Assembly (NCBI GenBank): GCA_963812225.1
Contig: CAWEUN010000004.1
Coordinates: forward strand, 106,308-170,307
DNA: 64,000 nucleotides
Source: an uncultured Solirubrobacterales bacterium
Lineage (GTDB): Bacteria; Actinomycetota; Thermoleophilia; Solirubrobacterales; Solirubrobacteraceae
Direction of reading: 5' to 3'
Below the pieces are notes generated by a model that was not told the DNA's origin, ran no database searches, and was given only the letters and a program-made list of their open reading frames with translations. The position numbers and the translations under genes were made by a program. This document shows, in pieces, positions 9,203-20,913 of the stretch. Each line of letters opens with the position of its first letter. The first letter of the stretch is position 1.

Positions 9203-10606
9203 TCAGCGGGCGTACTCCACCGCCCGCGACTCGCGGATCACCGTGACCTTGATCTGGCCCGGATACTCGAGCTCCTTCTCGATCTCGCGAGCGATCTCGT
9301 ACGACAAGAGCGTCGCCGCGTCGTCGTCGATCGCGCCCGGCGCGACCATCACCCGGATCTCACGACCGGCCTGCATCGCGTAGACCTTGTCGACGCCCTT
9401 GTGGCGCGAGGCGATCTGCTCGAGATCACGCAGCCGCTTGACGTACTGCTCGAGCGACTCGCCGCGCGCACCCGGCCGCGCGCCCGAGAGCGCGTCGGCG
9501 GCCTGCACGATGACGGCCTCGATCGTCTGCGGCTCGACCTCGTTGTGGTGCGCCTCCATCGCGTGCGCGACGGCCTCCGGCTCGCCGTGCTTGCGCGCCA
9601 TGTCGCCACCGACGAGCGCGTGGGGCCCTTCGACCTCGTGCGTGACCGCCTTGCCGATGTCGTGCAGCAGTGCGGCGCGGCGGGCGGTCTTGGGGCTAGC
9701 GCCGAGCTCCTCCGCCATCATCGCCGCTAGCCTCGAGACCTCGATCGAATGCGCGAGCACGTTCTGGCCGTAGCTGGTTCGGAACTTGAGCCGTCCGAGC
9801 AGCTTGATCAGCTCCGGGTCGAGGCCCTGGACGCCAGCCTCGAAAACGCCGGCCTCGCCGAGCTCCACGATGTGGCCCTCGAGCTCGGACTTCGCCTGGT
9901 AGTACATCTCCTCGATCCGCGCCGGATGGATGCGGCCGTCCTGGAGCAGCTTCTCGAGCGTCAGCCGGGCGATCTCGCGCCGCACGCCGTCGAAGCCGGA
10001 GAGGACGACCGCACCGGGCGTGTCGTCGATGATGAAGTCGACGCCGGTGAGGTTCTCCAGGGCACGGATGTTGCGGCCCTCCCGGCCGATAATCCGCCCC
10101 TTCATGTCGTCAGCTTGGAGCTGGACGACCGACACGGTCGTCTCGGCGGCGTGGCCCGCGGCGAGGCGTTGCATGCACACCGAGAGGATGTTGCGCACGC
10201 GTCGCTCGGCCTCGCGCTTGGTCTCTTCCTCGATCTGGCGAATGCGGCGCGCTGCGTCGTGCTTGGCCTGGTCCTCGACCTCCTTGAGCAGCAGCTGCTT
10301 GGCGCGCGCCGCCGACAGCCCGGAGATCTGCTCGAGCGTCCGCTCGAGCTCCTGGCGGGTCGCGGCGATCGCTTCGCGCTCCTGCTCTACCTCCGCCTCT
10401 CGGCGGGCAAGATGGTCTTCCCGGCGGGCGAGCGCAGCCGTGCGCTCGGGGAGCTCGACGTCGTGCGGCGCCGTCGAGTTTCCTGAGGAGTCCGGGGCAG
10501 CGACAGCTGTACCGGAGTGCCCCACACGACCGGTTACGACCGCATACACAACAGCGGCGAGCACGATTCCCACCGCTATCAGCGCTGCGGCACCGATAAT
10601 GTCCAT
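9203..10606 (-). CDS. rny: Ribonuclease Y
   Basis: N-terminal TM, coiled coil, KH domain ([14 protein letters not shown]), HD domain (LLHDIGK), RPGAR. Confidence 0.97.
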   Translation of the reverse strand: MDIIGAAALIAVGIVLAAVVYAVVTGRVGHSGTAVAAPDSSGNSTAPHDVELPERTAALARREDHLARREAEVEQEREAIAATRQELERTLEQISGLSAARAKQLLLKEVEDQAKHDAARRIRQIEEETKREAERRVRNILSVCMQRLAAGHAAETTVSVVQLQADDMKGRIIGREGRNIRALENLTGVDFIIDDTPGAVVLSGFDGVRREIARLTLEKLLQDGRIHPARIEEMYYQAKSELEGHIVELGEAGVFEAGVQGLDPELIKLLGRLKFRTSYGQNVLAHSIEVSRLAAMMAEELGASPKTARRAALLHDIGKAVTHEVEGPHALVGGDMARKHGEPEAVAHAMEAHHNEVEPQTIEAVIVQAADALSGARPGARGESLEQYVKRLRDLEQIASRHKGVDKVYAMQAGREIRVMVAPGAIDDDAATLLSYEIAREIEKELEYPGQIKVTVIRESRAVEYAR

Positions 10607-10891
10607 GGTCGTTCCTCTCCTGGCGGCCCCGGGGTACGGGACCTAAAAACTGCTTCGGTTCTTGGAGCGACCGACCGGCCCGTGCGAACTGCACGAACGG
10701 ATGCCGGATCAGGCGACCATGTCGCCCTTCAGGCGGCGGCTAGGTGGCACTTTCTCTAGGTTTTCTAGGCAGGCGCACACCCGGCCTGTGCGGCCGGGCC
10801 AGCCCGTTGGTAATCGCCGTCAACTCTGAGTCCGGAATCCAATATCTGCAAGATTTGCTGGTGTTTTGCGGCCCGCAGGGCCTTTCGTTCG

Positions 10892-11425
10892 CTACCGGCA
10901 TCGTAGTACCGAGGGCGGTTCTGCGCAATCCGCATACGCAGCGAGGGCGTCCAACGCCACCTCGCTCTGGTAACCCTTTCGTAACAGCACGCCGAGGGCG
11001 CGCTCGCGCTCGCGGTGATCGCGCGGCGGCGTCGGGAAGCGCCGCTTCAGCAGCGCCACCGCTCGGTTGACTTCGCTGCCGGTGGCGCCGGACGCCAGCG
11101 CCTGCTCGACCAGCTCTCTTTCTATCCCCCGTCCGAGCAGGGCCCGCTGGATCCGGTCGGACCCCCACTGCTCGAGCTCACGTTTGTCCTCGGCGAACAG
11201 GCGCGCGTAGCGGGCGTCGTCGAGGTAGCCCTGCTCCGCCAACGTCTCGATCGCGGCCTCGATCTCCTGGGAGCCGCAGCCACGGGCCTGCAAGTGACGT
11301 TGCATCTCGGAGACCGTCCGGTCACGCCGGTTGAGATGGCGGTACGCGAGGGCGAGCGCCTGCTCCAGGCGATCGCCGGCGGTGGGCGCGTGGTCAGGTA
11401 CTGACTTAGGCTGCTCGGCCTCCAA
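10892..11425 (-). CDS. recX: Recombination regulator RecX
   Basis: [15 protein letters not shown]; directly downstream of recA. Confidence 0.9.
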   Translation of the reverse strand: MEAEQPKSVPDHAPTAGDRLEQALALAYRHLNRRDRTVSEMQRHLQARGCGSQEIEAAIETLAEQGYLDDARYARLFAEDKRELEQWGSDRIQRALLGRGIERELVEQALASGATGSEVNRAVALLKRRFPTPPRDHRERERALGVLLRKGYQSEVALDALAAYADCAEPPSVLRCR

Positions 11426-12596
11426 CTGCTTCCACCGCCTCCATTGCCGACCACTCGCCTTCCGAGCCGTTCTCAGACTGCGTTTCCGACTGCGTTTCCG
11501 ACTGCCGCTCCCGCGGCTCGATCGGTTTCACGAGATCCCGGCTGAGACCCAGCGCCTCGTAGACCTTGGCCTCGATCTCTCCGGCGATGTCCTGATGCTC
11601 GTCGAGGAACGCCTTGGCGTTGCCACGGCCCTGTCCGAGCCGCTCCTCGCCGTAGGAGAAGAACGAGCCTGACTTGGTCACGATCTTGTGCTCGATCCCA
11701 TAGTCCAACAGGCAACCGGACGTCGAGATTCCCTTGCCGAACTCGATATCGAACTCCGCCTGCTTGAACGGGGCCGCGACCTTGTTCTTGACGACTTTTA
11801 CCTTGACCCGATTTCCGACCGCCTCCGCTCCGTCCTTGAGCGTTTCGATCCGGCGGATATCGAGTCGCTGAGAGGCGTAGAACTTCAGCGCCCGCCCTCC
11901 CGGCTGGGTCTCCGGCGAGCCGAACATCACGCCCACCTTCTCGCGGATCTGGTTGGTGAACACGCACAGCGTCTGCGTGCGATTGAGGTTGCCGGCCAGC
12001 TTGCGCATCGCCTGGGACATCATGCGCGCCTGCGCGCCGACCGACTGATCGCCCATCTGGCCCTCCAGCTCGGCCCGCGGCGTCAGCGCCGCGACCGAGT
12101 CGACGGCGATCACGTCGACCGCGCCGGAGCGGATCAGCATGTCGACGATCTCCAGCGCCTGCTCGCCATAGTCGGGCTGGGAAACGAGCAGCTCGTCGAT
12201 GTCGACGCCGATCTGGCGGGCGTACAGCGGGTCCATCGCGTGCTCGGCGTCAATGAACGCACAGACACCGCCGAGCTTCTGCGCCTCGGCGATCACGTGA
12301 TAGACGAGCGTCGTCTTTCCCGAGGACTCCGGGCCGAAGATCTCGACGATCCGCCCGCGCGGGACTCCTCCGATTCCGAGCGCGATGTCCAGCGCCAGCG
12401 CGCCGGTGGGAATCGCGTCGACCGCGACCCGCGCGCCGGGATCGCCCATCCTCATTACCGTGCCCTTGCCGAACTGGCGCTCGATCTGGCTGAGCGCTCC
12501 GTGAAGCGCAGCTTGGCGCTTGGCATCGGACTTCGCGTCCGGCGATGCGCCGGGGCGCGCGCCAGACTTCGTTCCGGCCTTCTCTTGCTCGCTCAT
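11406..12596 (-). CDS. recA: Recombinase RecA
   Basis: [36 protein letters not shown]. Confidence 0.99.
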   Translation of the reverse strand: MSEQEKAGTKSGARPGASPDAKSDAKRQAALHGALSQIERQFGKGTVMRMGDPGARVAVDAIPTGALALDIALGIGGVPRGRIVEIFGPESSGKTTLVYHVIAEAQKLGGVCAFIDAEHAMDPLYARQIGVDIDELLVSQPDYGEQALEIVDMLIRSGAVDVIAVDSVAALTPRAELEGQMGDQSVGAQARMMSQAMRKLAGNLNRTQTLCVFTNQIREKVGVMFGSPETQPGGRALKFYASQRLDIRRIETLKDGAEAVGNRVKVKVVKNKVAAPFKQAEFDIEFGKGISTSGCLLDYGIEHKIVTKSGSFFSYGEERLGQGRGNAKAFLDEHQDIAGEIEAKVYEALGLSRDLVKPIEPRERQSETQSETQSENGSEGEWSAMEAVEAVGGRAA

Positions 12597-12784
12597 CTGC
12601 GTTCGGCTCCTTGTCTCATGCGCGTTGAACCCACCACGGTAGGACGGGTGGCGGACGGAACCAGACGCTAGATCCGGGGCCTGTGACCGAACAAGACGCG
12701 TTCGTCACGGAAGCCGAAAAAGTTTGTGGCGATTGTGAACGTGGCGGCGGACGGGCGGTGGCGGGATGTGGCGCAGTGGCGGGT

Positions 12785-13315
12785 TGATTGGGTTGGGGGG
12801 CGCGCGTGGCGCGCCCTGTGGTGTGTGGGTTTCGCGCATGGTTCGTTGTCTTGTCGAGGGCCATTTGCTCGTTGGCTGTCGACTCTCAGCCCGCGGGCGC
12901 TTCGCGCCCGCAGCTTTGGGTGGCGACCGGCTCGGTAACGGCGCTGGGGAAGGGGGCTAGTGAGATGCGCGGGTCGGGCCGAGAGCGGCTCCGGAGGGGA
13001 CCTCCCGGCCGCGCGCACCGTCCGCCCGGCGCCGGCGATCACGCCGGGGCCGCCCGCCAAATCCTGCATAACACGTCACGACCGGCGAAATCGGCGAGCC
13101 CTGCCGTGTTAAGCACGCTCTTCGTGCGCAGTACGACAGGGCTCGGGTTCTGAGCCGGTATTGACGTGTTATGCAGCATTTTCGCCGGGCCTGACCTTGG
13201 ATCGAGGCTCGTGGGACGATCGCGACGGGCGTGGGGTTCTGGCGCTGTACTGCGCCGGCGCCCTCCGACGGGGCTCCAGAGACACGTCCCCCCTTCCCCG
13301 CGCCGTTTACCAGGC
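12785..13315. repeat. Composite nested inverted-repeat element, copy A
   Basis: IRs at 12934-12956 and 13289-13311; central hairpin 13064-13176 with perfect 15-bp outer arms; modules shared with copies at ~31.8-32.3 kb and ~44.5-44.9 kb. Confidence 0.85.
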
Positions 13316-13376
13316 CGACCGCCAACCGGGGCGGGCTAGGGTCGATAGCCCACGGCTCGCCACCAGGCGCCACCGC

Positions 13377-13937
13377 TCACCCGAGCGCCACCTCCGTCAG
13401 CGCCTCGTACTTCGACCCCCCGGCCATCGGCCGCGACCGGAACAGCGCCACCGTCGCCCCATCGAATTCGAGCCGCGGCGGGGCGGCCAGCTCGACGGGC
13501 CGGACCCGGGCGCGACGGGCCACGCGCCCGACGGTCACGTGGGCCAGGAAGGGCCGCTTCTCGGGCGTGTACCACCCGGCCGACGCGAGCGCCTCGGAGA
13601 ACGCGCGCTGGATATCCCCGAGCGTGCCATGAACATCGTCGAGCTTGACGGCGAGGACGCCGGGTCGTCGTGGCGGCAGCCAGATCGCCTCGGAGACAAA
13701 CAGGCGGGGCTGAGGCAGGCTCGCGGCACCCACGCCGGCGCAGGCGCCGGCGATCTCATCGAGCTCCGACGCGAACCGCCAGCCAAGGAAGCAGAGCGTG
13801 ACGTGAAGCGACTCGGGCGCCACGAGGCGCAGTCCCCGCACGTTCCCGACCGCGCGCCGGCGCCAGTCGACGATCGCCTCTCGGACGGCGTCGGGCAGCT
13901 CTAGCGCGACGAACAGCCGGACGCGCTCGTCGTTCAC
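13377..13937 (-). CDS. thpR: RNA 2',3'-cyclic phosphodiesterase (2H family)
   Basis: RLFVAL and two HxT motifs (LHVTL, AHVTV); located between cinA and recA. Confidence 0.93.
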   Translation of the reverse strand: MNDERVRLFVALELPDAVREAIVDWRRRAVGNVRGLRLVAPESLHVTLCFLGWRFASELDEIAGACAGVGAASLPQPRLFVSEAIWLPPRRPGVLAVKLDDVHGTLGDIQRAFSEALASAGWYTPEKRPFLAHVTVGRVARRARVRPVELAAPPRLEFDGATVALFRSRPMAGGSKYEALTEVALG

Positions 13938-15301
13938 GAACCGGCGGACCGCGTGCTCTCACCCGCCGGCGAAGGCGCGCCGTCGGTCTCGCGCGCGATA
14001 CGCGCCGGCGCTGATCGCGCGTCCGACTCGCCCAGCAGCAATCTTCGCAGGAGGTGCATGGAGACGGTCGTCGAGCGGTCGCGGATGTCGGCGCGGTCGC
14101 CGGGGAGCCGGGTGCTGCGTGTGATGCGCGCCCCGTCGGAGGAGCACACCGAGAAGCAAACCAGGCCGACGGGTTTCTCCTCGGTGCCACCGCCCGGACC
14201 TGCGATGCCCGTGACGCCCATGCCGATATCGGCATCGAACCTCGCCGCGGCACCGGACGCCAGCGCCTCGGCGACCTCCGTTGAGACCGCCCCGAACCGC
14301 TCGATCAGCTCGGGATCGACGCCCACCAGCGAGGACTTGGCCTCGTTGGAGTAGGCCACGACCCCGCCGGCGAAGTACTCCGAGGAGCCGGCGCGGTCGG
14401 TCAGCCGCGCCGACAGCAGGCCGCCGGTGCAGGACTCGGCGACCGCGACCGTTCGGCCCGCGAGCAGGCGGGCGACCTGCTCGTCGACCGTGGCGCCGTC
14501 GGTCGAGAACAACGTGTCGGCATGGCGGGCGGCGATGAAGTCGATCAGCGCGTCGTAGGTCGCTTGGGCGGGCGGCTCGTAGCGAGTCGACACCTCGATC
14601 TCGCCGCGCCGCAGGCATGTGGTGACCTCGAGTTCGTCCAGCGCCAGCCCGTCGGCCTCTGCGGCGCGCAGGGTGTTCGCGATCTCGGACTCGGGTATGC
14701 CGAACAGGCGGACGACCCGCGTGCGGTAGGTCGTCGCGCCCGTGATCGCGTGGCGGAACGCCTCCGTCTGCGTGGCCGTCTCCCACATCGGCTGGAGCTC
14801 GCGCGGCGGCCCGGGCAGGACGACGACCGTCGGGCCCTCGCGATCGGCCGGCGGCACCACAAGTCCCGGCGCGGTGCCCACCGGGTCGAGCACGGTCGCG
14901 CCGGAGGGAATCACCGCCTGCTTGCGGTTGGATGCCCTGATCGCGTCGGGGTCGAGGCCGGGCCACCGCCTCATCATCGGGCGCAGGATCTCCGCGATCC
15001 GCTCCTCGAGCCGCGGATCCAACACCATCTCGCGACCCGCGAAACGGCCCACGATCTCGGCCGTGAGGTCATCAGCCGTCGGTCCCAGCCCGCCGCTGGT
15101 AACGATCAGTGACATCCGCTCACGCTCCATGAACTGCAACGCGGCGAGCAGGTCCTCGCTGCGGTCTCCGACGATCTGGATCATCGCCGCGTCGACGCCG
15201 AGCTCGCGCAGCCGCTCGGAGAGCCAGGGGCCGTTGCGATCGCGGATGATCCCCGTGAGGACCTCGGTCCCCGTGACCAGGATGCCGGCGCGCGCGGTCA
15301 T
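13934..15301 (-). CDS. cinA: Competence/damage-inducible protein CinA (with PncC domain)
   Basis: [27 protein letters not shown]. Confidence 0.95.
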   Translation of the reverse strand: MTARAGILVTGTEVLTGIIRDRNGPWLSERLRELGVDAAMIQIVGDRSEDLLAALQFMERERMSLIVTSGGLGPTADDLTAEIVGRFAGREMVLDPRLEERIAEILRPMMRRWPGLDPDAIRASNRKQAVIPSGATVLDPVGTAPGLVVPPADREGPTVVVLPGPPRELQPMWETATQTEAFRHAITGATTYRTRVVRLFGIPESEIANTLRAAEADGLALDELEVTTCLRRGEIEVSTRYEPPAQATYDALIDFIAARHADTLFSTDGATVDEQVARLLAGRTVAVAESCTGGLLSARLTDRAGSSEYFAGGVVAYSNEAKSSLVGVDPELIERFGAVSTEVAEALASGAAARFDADIGMGVTGIAGPGGGTEEKPVGLVCFSVCSSDGARITRSTRLPGDRADIRDRSTTVSMHLLRRLLLGESDARSAPARIARETDGAPSPAGESTRSAGS

Positions 15302-16053
15302 GGACAGGTGGGTGGCGTCGAGAGCGGTATCGGGTGGGTTCCGCTCGGTTGGATCAGCAGCCGGATCGCTTGCGGCGACGCCGTCACGGGAACCGTTTTC
15401 CCGTTGACCTTCATCTGCACCGACGCGTTGCCGAGGGTCAGCAAGAGCTTCTCGGCGCTCTGCGTGGGGATCGTCTGGCCGACACTGAACGTCTGCTCAT
15501 TGATCAGCTTCGCGCCCGCGCCGTTGACCAGGCAGACGTACACGGTTCCAGTGGGCACGAGGTGAAGCTTGACGGTCGTCGGCTTCGGAGGGGGTGGCCG
15601 GTGATGGCGGCGGTGGACGCGATGCTTCTGCTGGGTCGTCGCGGTCGTCGGCGTGTTCTTCTGCTTGCCGCCGCTGAAGCTCCCGACGAAGTACAGGGCC
15701 ACCACGATTGCCACCAGGACCGCACCGATCACCGCCCACGGGGGCAGCAACGGCCCACGGGCAGCCCGATCACGCTCGCGCGTCCGTGTCGAGATCGGGC
15801 GCGCGTCGTGATCGGCAGGCCCCTCGTACTGGCGCCTGAACTCTTCCACGAGCATCCGGCTGTCGAGCCCGAGGAAGTCGCTGTAGGTCCGCAGGAAGCT
15901 CTTGGCATAAACCGGACCGGGGAGGAGATCCCACTCCTCGTTCTCAATCGCCCGCAGGTACTTGGCGCGGATCTTGGTTCGGGTCTCGACCTCGCCGATG
16001 TCGATCCGAGCCCGCATACGCGCCTCTCGCAATGTCGCGCCGATCTCGGCCAC
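15298..16053 (-). CDS. rodZ: RodZ-like HTH membrane protein
   Basis: [27 protein letters not shown] segment, C-terminal LGNA motif. Confidence 0.8.
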   Translation of the reverse strand: MAEIGATLREARMRARIDIGEVETRTKIRAKYLRAIENEEWDLLPGPVYAKSFLRTYSDFLGLDSRMLVEEFRRQYEGPADHDARPISTRTRERDRAARGPLLPPWAVIGAVLVAIVVALYFVGSFSGGKQKNTPTTATTQQKHRVHRRHHRPPPPKPTTVKLHLVPTGTVYVCLVNGAGAKLINEQTFSVGQTIPTQSAEKLLLTLGNASVQMKVNGKTVPVTASPQAIRLLIQPSGTHPIPLSTPPTCP

Positions 16054-16137
16054 GTGGCGAAGGCTACCGACGGTCCGGCAAACGAAACGGGCTAGTCGCG
16101 GCTCGAAATCTGCTGCTAACCGCGCGTCTTGGTGGGG

Positions 16138-18609
16138 CTAGACCTCGTCGGCATCCTCGCGGCCGAGCGGCGTGCCGGAGCCGCCCCCGACGGCCGCCCC
16201 AGCGCCGCCGCCGGCCTCGGCGAGGTGCGACAGGATCCGGGGCACGTCGGCTTCGGTGATCAGCACCTGACGGGGCTTGGAGCCCTCGTAGCCGGAGATG
16301 ATCCCCCGCCGCTCGAGCATGTCGATCAGCCGCCCGGCTCGTGTGTAGCCGAGCCGGAGGCGGCGCTGGAGCATCGACGTCGACGCGGTTCCCATCTGCG
16401 CCACGAGCGCGATCGCCTCCTCGAGCAGGGGGTCCTCGTCGGGATGGAACTCGGCATCCTCCCCGTCACCTTCCGCGGGCTCGACCTCCTCGAGCAGCTC
16501 CTCGTGGAACTCGGGCGCGCCCTGGCGGCGCCAGGCATCGGTCAGCTCGGCGATCTGCTCCTCATCGATGTACGCCCCCTGGATGCGCTGGACCTTGCTC
16601 GACCCGACCGGCGAGAACAGCATGTCGCCTTGGCCGAGCAGGGACTCGGCGCCGTTCTGGTCGAGGATCACGCGCGAGTCGGTCTGGCTCGACACCGCGA
16701 ACGCGATCCGGGACGGCACGTTGGCCTTGATCATCCCCGTGATCACGTCGACGCGCGGCGACTGCGTGGCGAGCACGAGATGGATGCCGACGGCGCGCGC
16801 CTTCTGGGCGAGCCGGATGATCGACTCCTCGACGTCCGCGGGCGCGACCATCATCAGGTCGGCGAGCTCGTCGATCACGCACAGGACGTAGGGCAGCGGC
16901 GGCTCGCCGCGCTTCTCGCGGGAGCGGTTGAGCTCGGGCAGGTTGCGCGTCCGCGCCAGCGACATCGTCCCGTAGCGCTGCTCCATCTCCTTGACGAGGT
17001 TCTGGAGTGCGTTGGCGGCCATCCGCGGGCTCGTGATCACGGGGGTCAGCAGGTGCGGGATCGACTCGTAGTGGTTGAGCTCGACCTGCTTGGGGTCGAC
17101 GAGCACGAGGCGCACCTCGTGGGGCGTCGCGCGCAGCAGGATCGACGCGAGCATCGCGTTGACGCACGCCGACTTGCCCGCGCCGGTGGTGCCGGCGACG
17201 AGCAGGTGGGGCATCTTCGCGAGGTCGGCGCCGATCGCCCGCCCGGCGATGTCCTTGCCGAGCCACACGGCGAGCGGCGACCAGTCCGCCGGCGGGGCCT
17301 GGAAGACGTCGCCCAGATGGACGATCCGCCGGCGCGAGTTCGGGACCTCGACGCCCACCGCCTGCTTGCCGGGAATCGGCGCGAGGATCCTGATATCGGT
17401 GGCGGCCAGCGCGTAGGCCAGATCGTCTTTCAATTGCGCCACCTTGCCGACCTTGGTCCCGGGCGCCAGCCGGAGCTCGTAGCGGGTGATGTGCGGGCCG
17501 GTGACGCGGCCGATGACCTTCGCCTCGATCCCGAAATGCCCCAGGCTCTCGACGAGCGTTCGCGCCACCAGCTCCTGGCCCTCCGTGTCCGGCTTCGCCG
17601 CCTCGCCCGTGGAGCGGATCAAGAAGCGCGAGCCCGGGATCCGCCACTCGAAGTCGGGATCTTCGGTGATGCTGGCGCGATAACGACCTTGAGGAGTCAG
17701 ATCTGCCGGGTCGACTGCATCGACCTCCTCTGACGGCTGCCGCTCCGGCTTCACGGAGTCGGGTTCGTGCGTCTCCGCCGGGTGCTCGCCGGCGTCGACG
17801 ACCCCTTCGATCGGTGGGGCCTCGACGTGCGTCGCGCGAACCACGAGCTCGGCGGTGTCGGGCTCGGGTGGGAGCAGCGGCTCCCCGTCGTCCGGCAGCT
17901 GGCCGCGGGTGCTCAGCGCTCTCCCCGCCTCCGTGGCGGGGCGACGGACAGTCGCCGCGATCTCCTCGGTCGAGCGCCGCAGCGCGCGGCTCGTGCCCGC
18001 CATCCCGGCGCCGGTGGCGCGAACGATCCCCGCCAAGGTGGCGCCGGTCACGAGGATCAGGCCGGCGGCGAACAGAAATACCGCCAGGATGCTCGCGCCG
18101 AGCGTCGAGAAGAGGTGCCCCGTGATCCACAGCTCGCCCTGTCCGACCACACCCCCGCGGGACTCAAACGCCGTGGCGCGCCAGAACTCGCTGCCGTGGA
18201 GCGTCCCCGGCCCGAGCCCGAACGTGCCCGCCGCGAGAGCCAACGTGATCGCTGCCGTCAGGCACAGCGTCCCGGTCCGAAGCGGCCGCCCCGGCGGCCG
18301 GACCTCTCTGGCGAGGATCAGCGCGCCGCCGGCGACGAGCGCAGCCGGGACCGCGTAGCCGAGCGCGCCGAAGATGAACCGCGTACCCTTCACCGCACCG
18401 TTGCCGAGCGCGCCCCCTGACCAGTGCAGGTACGCGACGCCGCCGAGGAAGATGCCGACGGCGATCAGGGCCAGAGCAGCGATGTCGATGTGATGGGGCT
18501 CGAGGTCGGGCCGTGGTAGGTGAAGCGGCCGGGTGGCGAGCAGGGACCGCTTAGCGCGCCGGGGAGGCGGCTTCTTGCGGGCCTTCTTCGAGCGGGCAGG
18601 GGCGGCCAT
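16138..18609 (-). CDS. ftsK: DNA translocase FtsK
   Basis: 4 TM N-terminus, PHLLVAGTTGAGKS, IDELADLMM, gamma domain LQRRLRLGYTRAGR. Likely ATG at 18609. Confidence 0.97.
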   Translation of the reverse strand: MAAPARSKKARKKPPPRRAKRSLLATRPLHLPRPDLEPHHIDIAALALIAVGIFLGGVAYLHWSGGALGNGAVKGTRFIFGALGYAVPAALVAGGALILAREVRPPGRPLRTGTLCLTAAITLALAAGTFGLGPGTLHGSEFWRATAFESRGGVVGQGELWITGHLFSTLGASILAVFLFAAGLILVTGATLAGIVRATGAGMAGTSRALRRSTEEIAATVRRPATEAGRALSTRGQLPDDGEPLLPPEPDTAELVVRATHVEAPPIEGVVDAGEHPAETHEPDSVKPERQPSEEVDAVDPADLTPQGRYRASITEDPDFEWRIPGSRFLIRSTGEAAKPDTEGQELVARTLVESLGHFGIEAKVIGRVTGPHITRYELRLAPGTKVGKVAQLKDDLAYALAATDIRILAPIPGKQAVGVEVPNSRRRIVHLGDVFQAPPADWSPLAVWLGKDIAGRAIGADLAKMPHLLVAGTTGAGKSACVNAMLASILLRATPHEVRLVLVDPKQVELNHYESIPHLLTPVITSPRMAANALQNLVKEMEQRYGTMSLARTRNLPELNRSREKRGEPPLPYVLCVIDELADLMMVAPADVEESIIRLAQKARAVGIHLVLATQSPRVDVITGMIKANVPSRIAFAVSSQTDSRVILDQNGAESLLGQGDMLFSPVGSSKVQRIQGAYIDEEQIAELTDAWRRQGAPEFHEELLEEVEPAEGDGEDAEFHPDEDPLLEEAIALVAQMGTASTSMLQRRLRLGYTRAGRLIDMLERRGIISGYEGSKPRQVLITEADVPRILSHLAEAGGGAGAAVGGGSGTPLGREDADEV

Positions 18610-18710
18610 GTCTACGACCCACTGGCTTCGACGGCAGCGACCCGCCTCCTGCCGCGCATCAACGCGCACTAAAGATCGCCTCGAGCCCGTAATTTCGTCA
18701 AATACCATCT

Positions 18711-19409
18711 ATGAGCAGGCACATGACCGATTACGAACGTTCACCGCGGGTGCTGGTCGTCGAGGACGACGATGCGATCGCCCAGGTCCTCCAGCGCTCG
18801 CTGCGTATGGAGGGCTACGACGTCAAGATCGCCGGGGACGGAATCAGCGCGCTCGACCTCGCTCACGGCTTCCTTCCCGACCTCGTGATCCTCGACCTAG
18901 GCCTGCCGCGGCTCGACGGGATCGAGGTCGCCAGAACGCTGCGTGAAACCGACGATGTGCCGATCCTCGTCCTCACCGCCCGCGACGCGGTCGAGTCCCG
19001 GGTCGAGGGACTCGATGCCGGTGCCGATGATTACCTCGTCAAACCGTTCGAGCGCCAAGAGCTCCTCGCGAGGCTGCGCGCCCTGCTGCGCCGGCGTCCT
19101 CCCCGGGGCCAGGCGACGCTCACGGTCGGCGATCTGAAGCTGAACCCCGATACGCACGAGGTGTGGCGCGGCGACCGAGCCATGGACTTGACCCAGAGGG
19201 AATTCGAGCTGCTCGAGTACCTGATGCGCAACGAGCGGATCGTGATCTCGCGCCAGCGCCTGCTTGACGAGGTCTGGGGTTATGACCCATTCTCAATGAC
19301 GAACACGATCGAGGTGTTCGTCTCGAACCTGCGGAGGAAGCTTGAAGCGGATGGAGAGCCTCGGCTCCTACACACGATCCGCGGCGCGGGCTACGTTCTC
19401 CGCGTATAG
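18711..19409 (+). CDS. OmpR-family response regulator (MprA/PrrA-like)
   Basis: VVEDD, LDLGLP, GADDYLVKPF, HTIRGAGY. Confidence 0.93.
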   Translation: MSRHMTDYERSPRVLVVEDDDAIAQVLQRSLRMEGYDVKIAGDGISALDLAHGFLPDLVILDLGLPRLDGIEVARTLRETDDVPILVLTARDAVESRVEGLDAGADDYLVKPFERQELLARLRALLRRRPPRGQATLTVGDLKLNPDTHEVWRGDRAMDLTQREFELLEYLMRNERIVISRQRLLDEVWGYDPFSMTNTIEVFVSNLRRKLEADGEPRLLHTIRGAGYVLRV

Positions 19410-20913
19410 GCGGCTACCGATCCGCTGGCGTTTGGCCGGCGGCTCGGCGGTGCTGACGCTCGTCATCCTCGCGTCGTTCGCCGGGATTCTCGGCGTGTTC
19501 ACGGAACGGCAGGTCGTCAAGCAGTTCAACGACGAGGTGAGCTTCTCGGCCGACCAGCTCCAAGCCAAACTGAACGGCAAGCTGGAATTCGCCGGTGGCG
19601 TGCTCGTCAACTGCGACCGCACCCCGGTTCGGCTGAGCGATTACGCGTCGCCGGAGCAGGCCCAGATCAGGATCTTCGACCAGAACACCGGGCAGCTCCT
19701 CTGCACCCAGCTCAAGATCCGCGGCGCCAAGTCCCCGATCGCGACCCAGACGTTGCGGACCGCCCCGGTCAAGACGCACGGCACGATCACCGAGGACGGC
19801 TACCGGGTCGCGATCCGCGAGCTCGCCGCCCAGCCGATCGGGCAGCTCGAGCTGCTGTACGCGCGCCCGGTCTCGGACCTCGACGAGACGATCGCCCGCG
19901 TGCGCATCCTCCTGATCCTGGGCGTCCTCGGGGGCACGATCCTCGCCCTCCTCGCCGGCCTGTGGACGGCGCAGCGCGCGATGCGCCCGATCGCCGAGCT
20001 CACCGACGCTGCACGGGAAATCGAACGGACCCGCGACCCCAGCCTCCACCTGCCGCCGGTGCAGGCCGATGACGAGATCAACAAGCTGGCGAGAACGCTG
20101 GACGGCATGCTCGGCGCACTGGATGCCGCCCGCGGCGAGACCGAGACGATGCTCGAGCGCCAGCGCGAGTTCGTCGCCGACGCATCGCACGAGCTGCGCA
20201 CGCCCCTCACCAGTGTGCTCGCGAACCTCGAGCTGCTCGCCGAGGAGCTCAAGGGCGAACAGGCGGAATCCGCGCAGGCGGCGCTGCGCTCGACGCGGCG
20301 GATGCGGCGCCTCGTCGGCGACCTGCTGCTGCTCGCTCGCGCCGACGCCCGGCGGGAGCAGCCTCGCCGACAGGTGGATCTGGCCGAGATCCTCACCGAT
20401 GCGGCGGCCGAGGTCGGGCCGATGGCGGTCGACCACGAGCTCTCGATCCATGCCGAGCCGGCATACGTGGAAGGCGTCCGAGACGATCTGCACCGGCTGG
20501 CGTTGAACCTGATCGAGAACGCGCTGCGCCACACTACGCCGGGGACCCGCATCCTGGCGCAGACGGGAACCGAGAACGGCGACGCGATGTTGATCGTCGA
20601 GGATGACGGTCCGGGGATCCCGCCGGAGATCGAGCGACGCGTGTTCGAGCGGTTCGTCCGCGGTGGCGGCGACGGTGGCCGGGGCTCGGGGCTCGGCCTC
20701 TCGATCGTGCGCGCGGTGGCCGAGCTGAACGGCGGTTCGGTGACGCTCGAACGTCCCAACCGAGAAACGGGGACGCGGTTCGTCATCCGGATCCCCGCCT
20801 ATAACGCCGGCGGCGAGGGCGAGAACGGCAGCCCCGTGTCCGAGGCGCAGCCCGCGGCTCAAACCTCGACGACCACCGGCAGCACCATCGGCCGGCGGCG
20901 CAGCCGGTCGTAG
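19342..20913 (+). CDS. HAMP-domain sensor histidine kinase
   Basis: ADASHELRTPL, ENALRH, DDGPG, GSGLGL. Start uncertain; 3' end overlaps rnj. Confidence 0.9.
   Translation: MKRMESLGSYTRSAARATFSAYRRLPIRWRLAGGSAVLTLVILASFAGILGVFTERQVVKQFNDEVSFSADQLQAKLNGKLEFAGGVLVNCDRTPVRLSDYASPEQAQIRIFDQNTGQLLCTQLKIRGAKSPIATQTLRTAPVKTHGTITEDGYRVAIRELAAQPIGQLELLYARPVSDLDETIARVRILLILGVLGGTILALLAGLWTAQRAMRPIAELTDAAREIERTRDPSLHLPPVQADDEINKLARTLDGMLGALDAARGETETMLERQREFVADASHELRTPLTSVLANLELLAEELKGEQAESAQAALRSTRRMRRLVGDLLLLARADARREQPRRQVDLAEILTDAAAEVGPMAVDHELSIHAEPAYVEGVRDDLHRLALNLIENALRHTTPGTRILAQTGTENGDAMLIVEDDGPGIPPEIERRVFERFVRGGGDGGRGSGLGLSIVRAVAELNGGSVTLERPNRETGTRFVIRIPAYNAGGEGENGSPVSEAQPAAQTSTTTGSTIGRRRSRS

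Noticed and set aside
11475-11510. 12-bp tandem repeat in the recA tail ([11 protein letters not shown])
   Set aside because: Lies in the variable acidic C-terminus; no evidence of function.
12616-13373. ORFs overlapping the repeat elements (also 31640-32354 and 44527-45138)
   Set aside because: No consistent frame or protein similarity between copies beyond the palindromic core; treated as non-coding.
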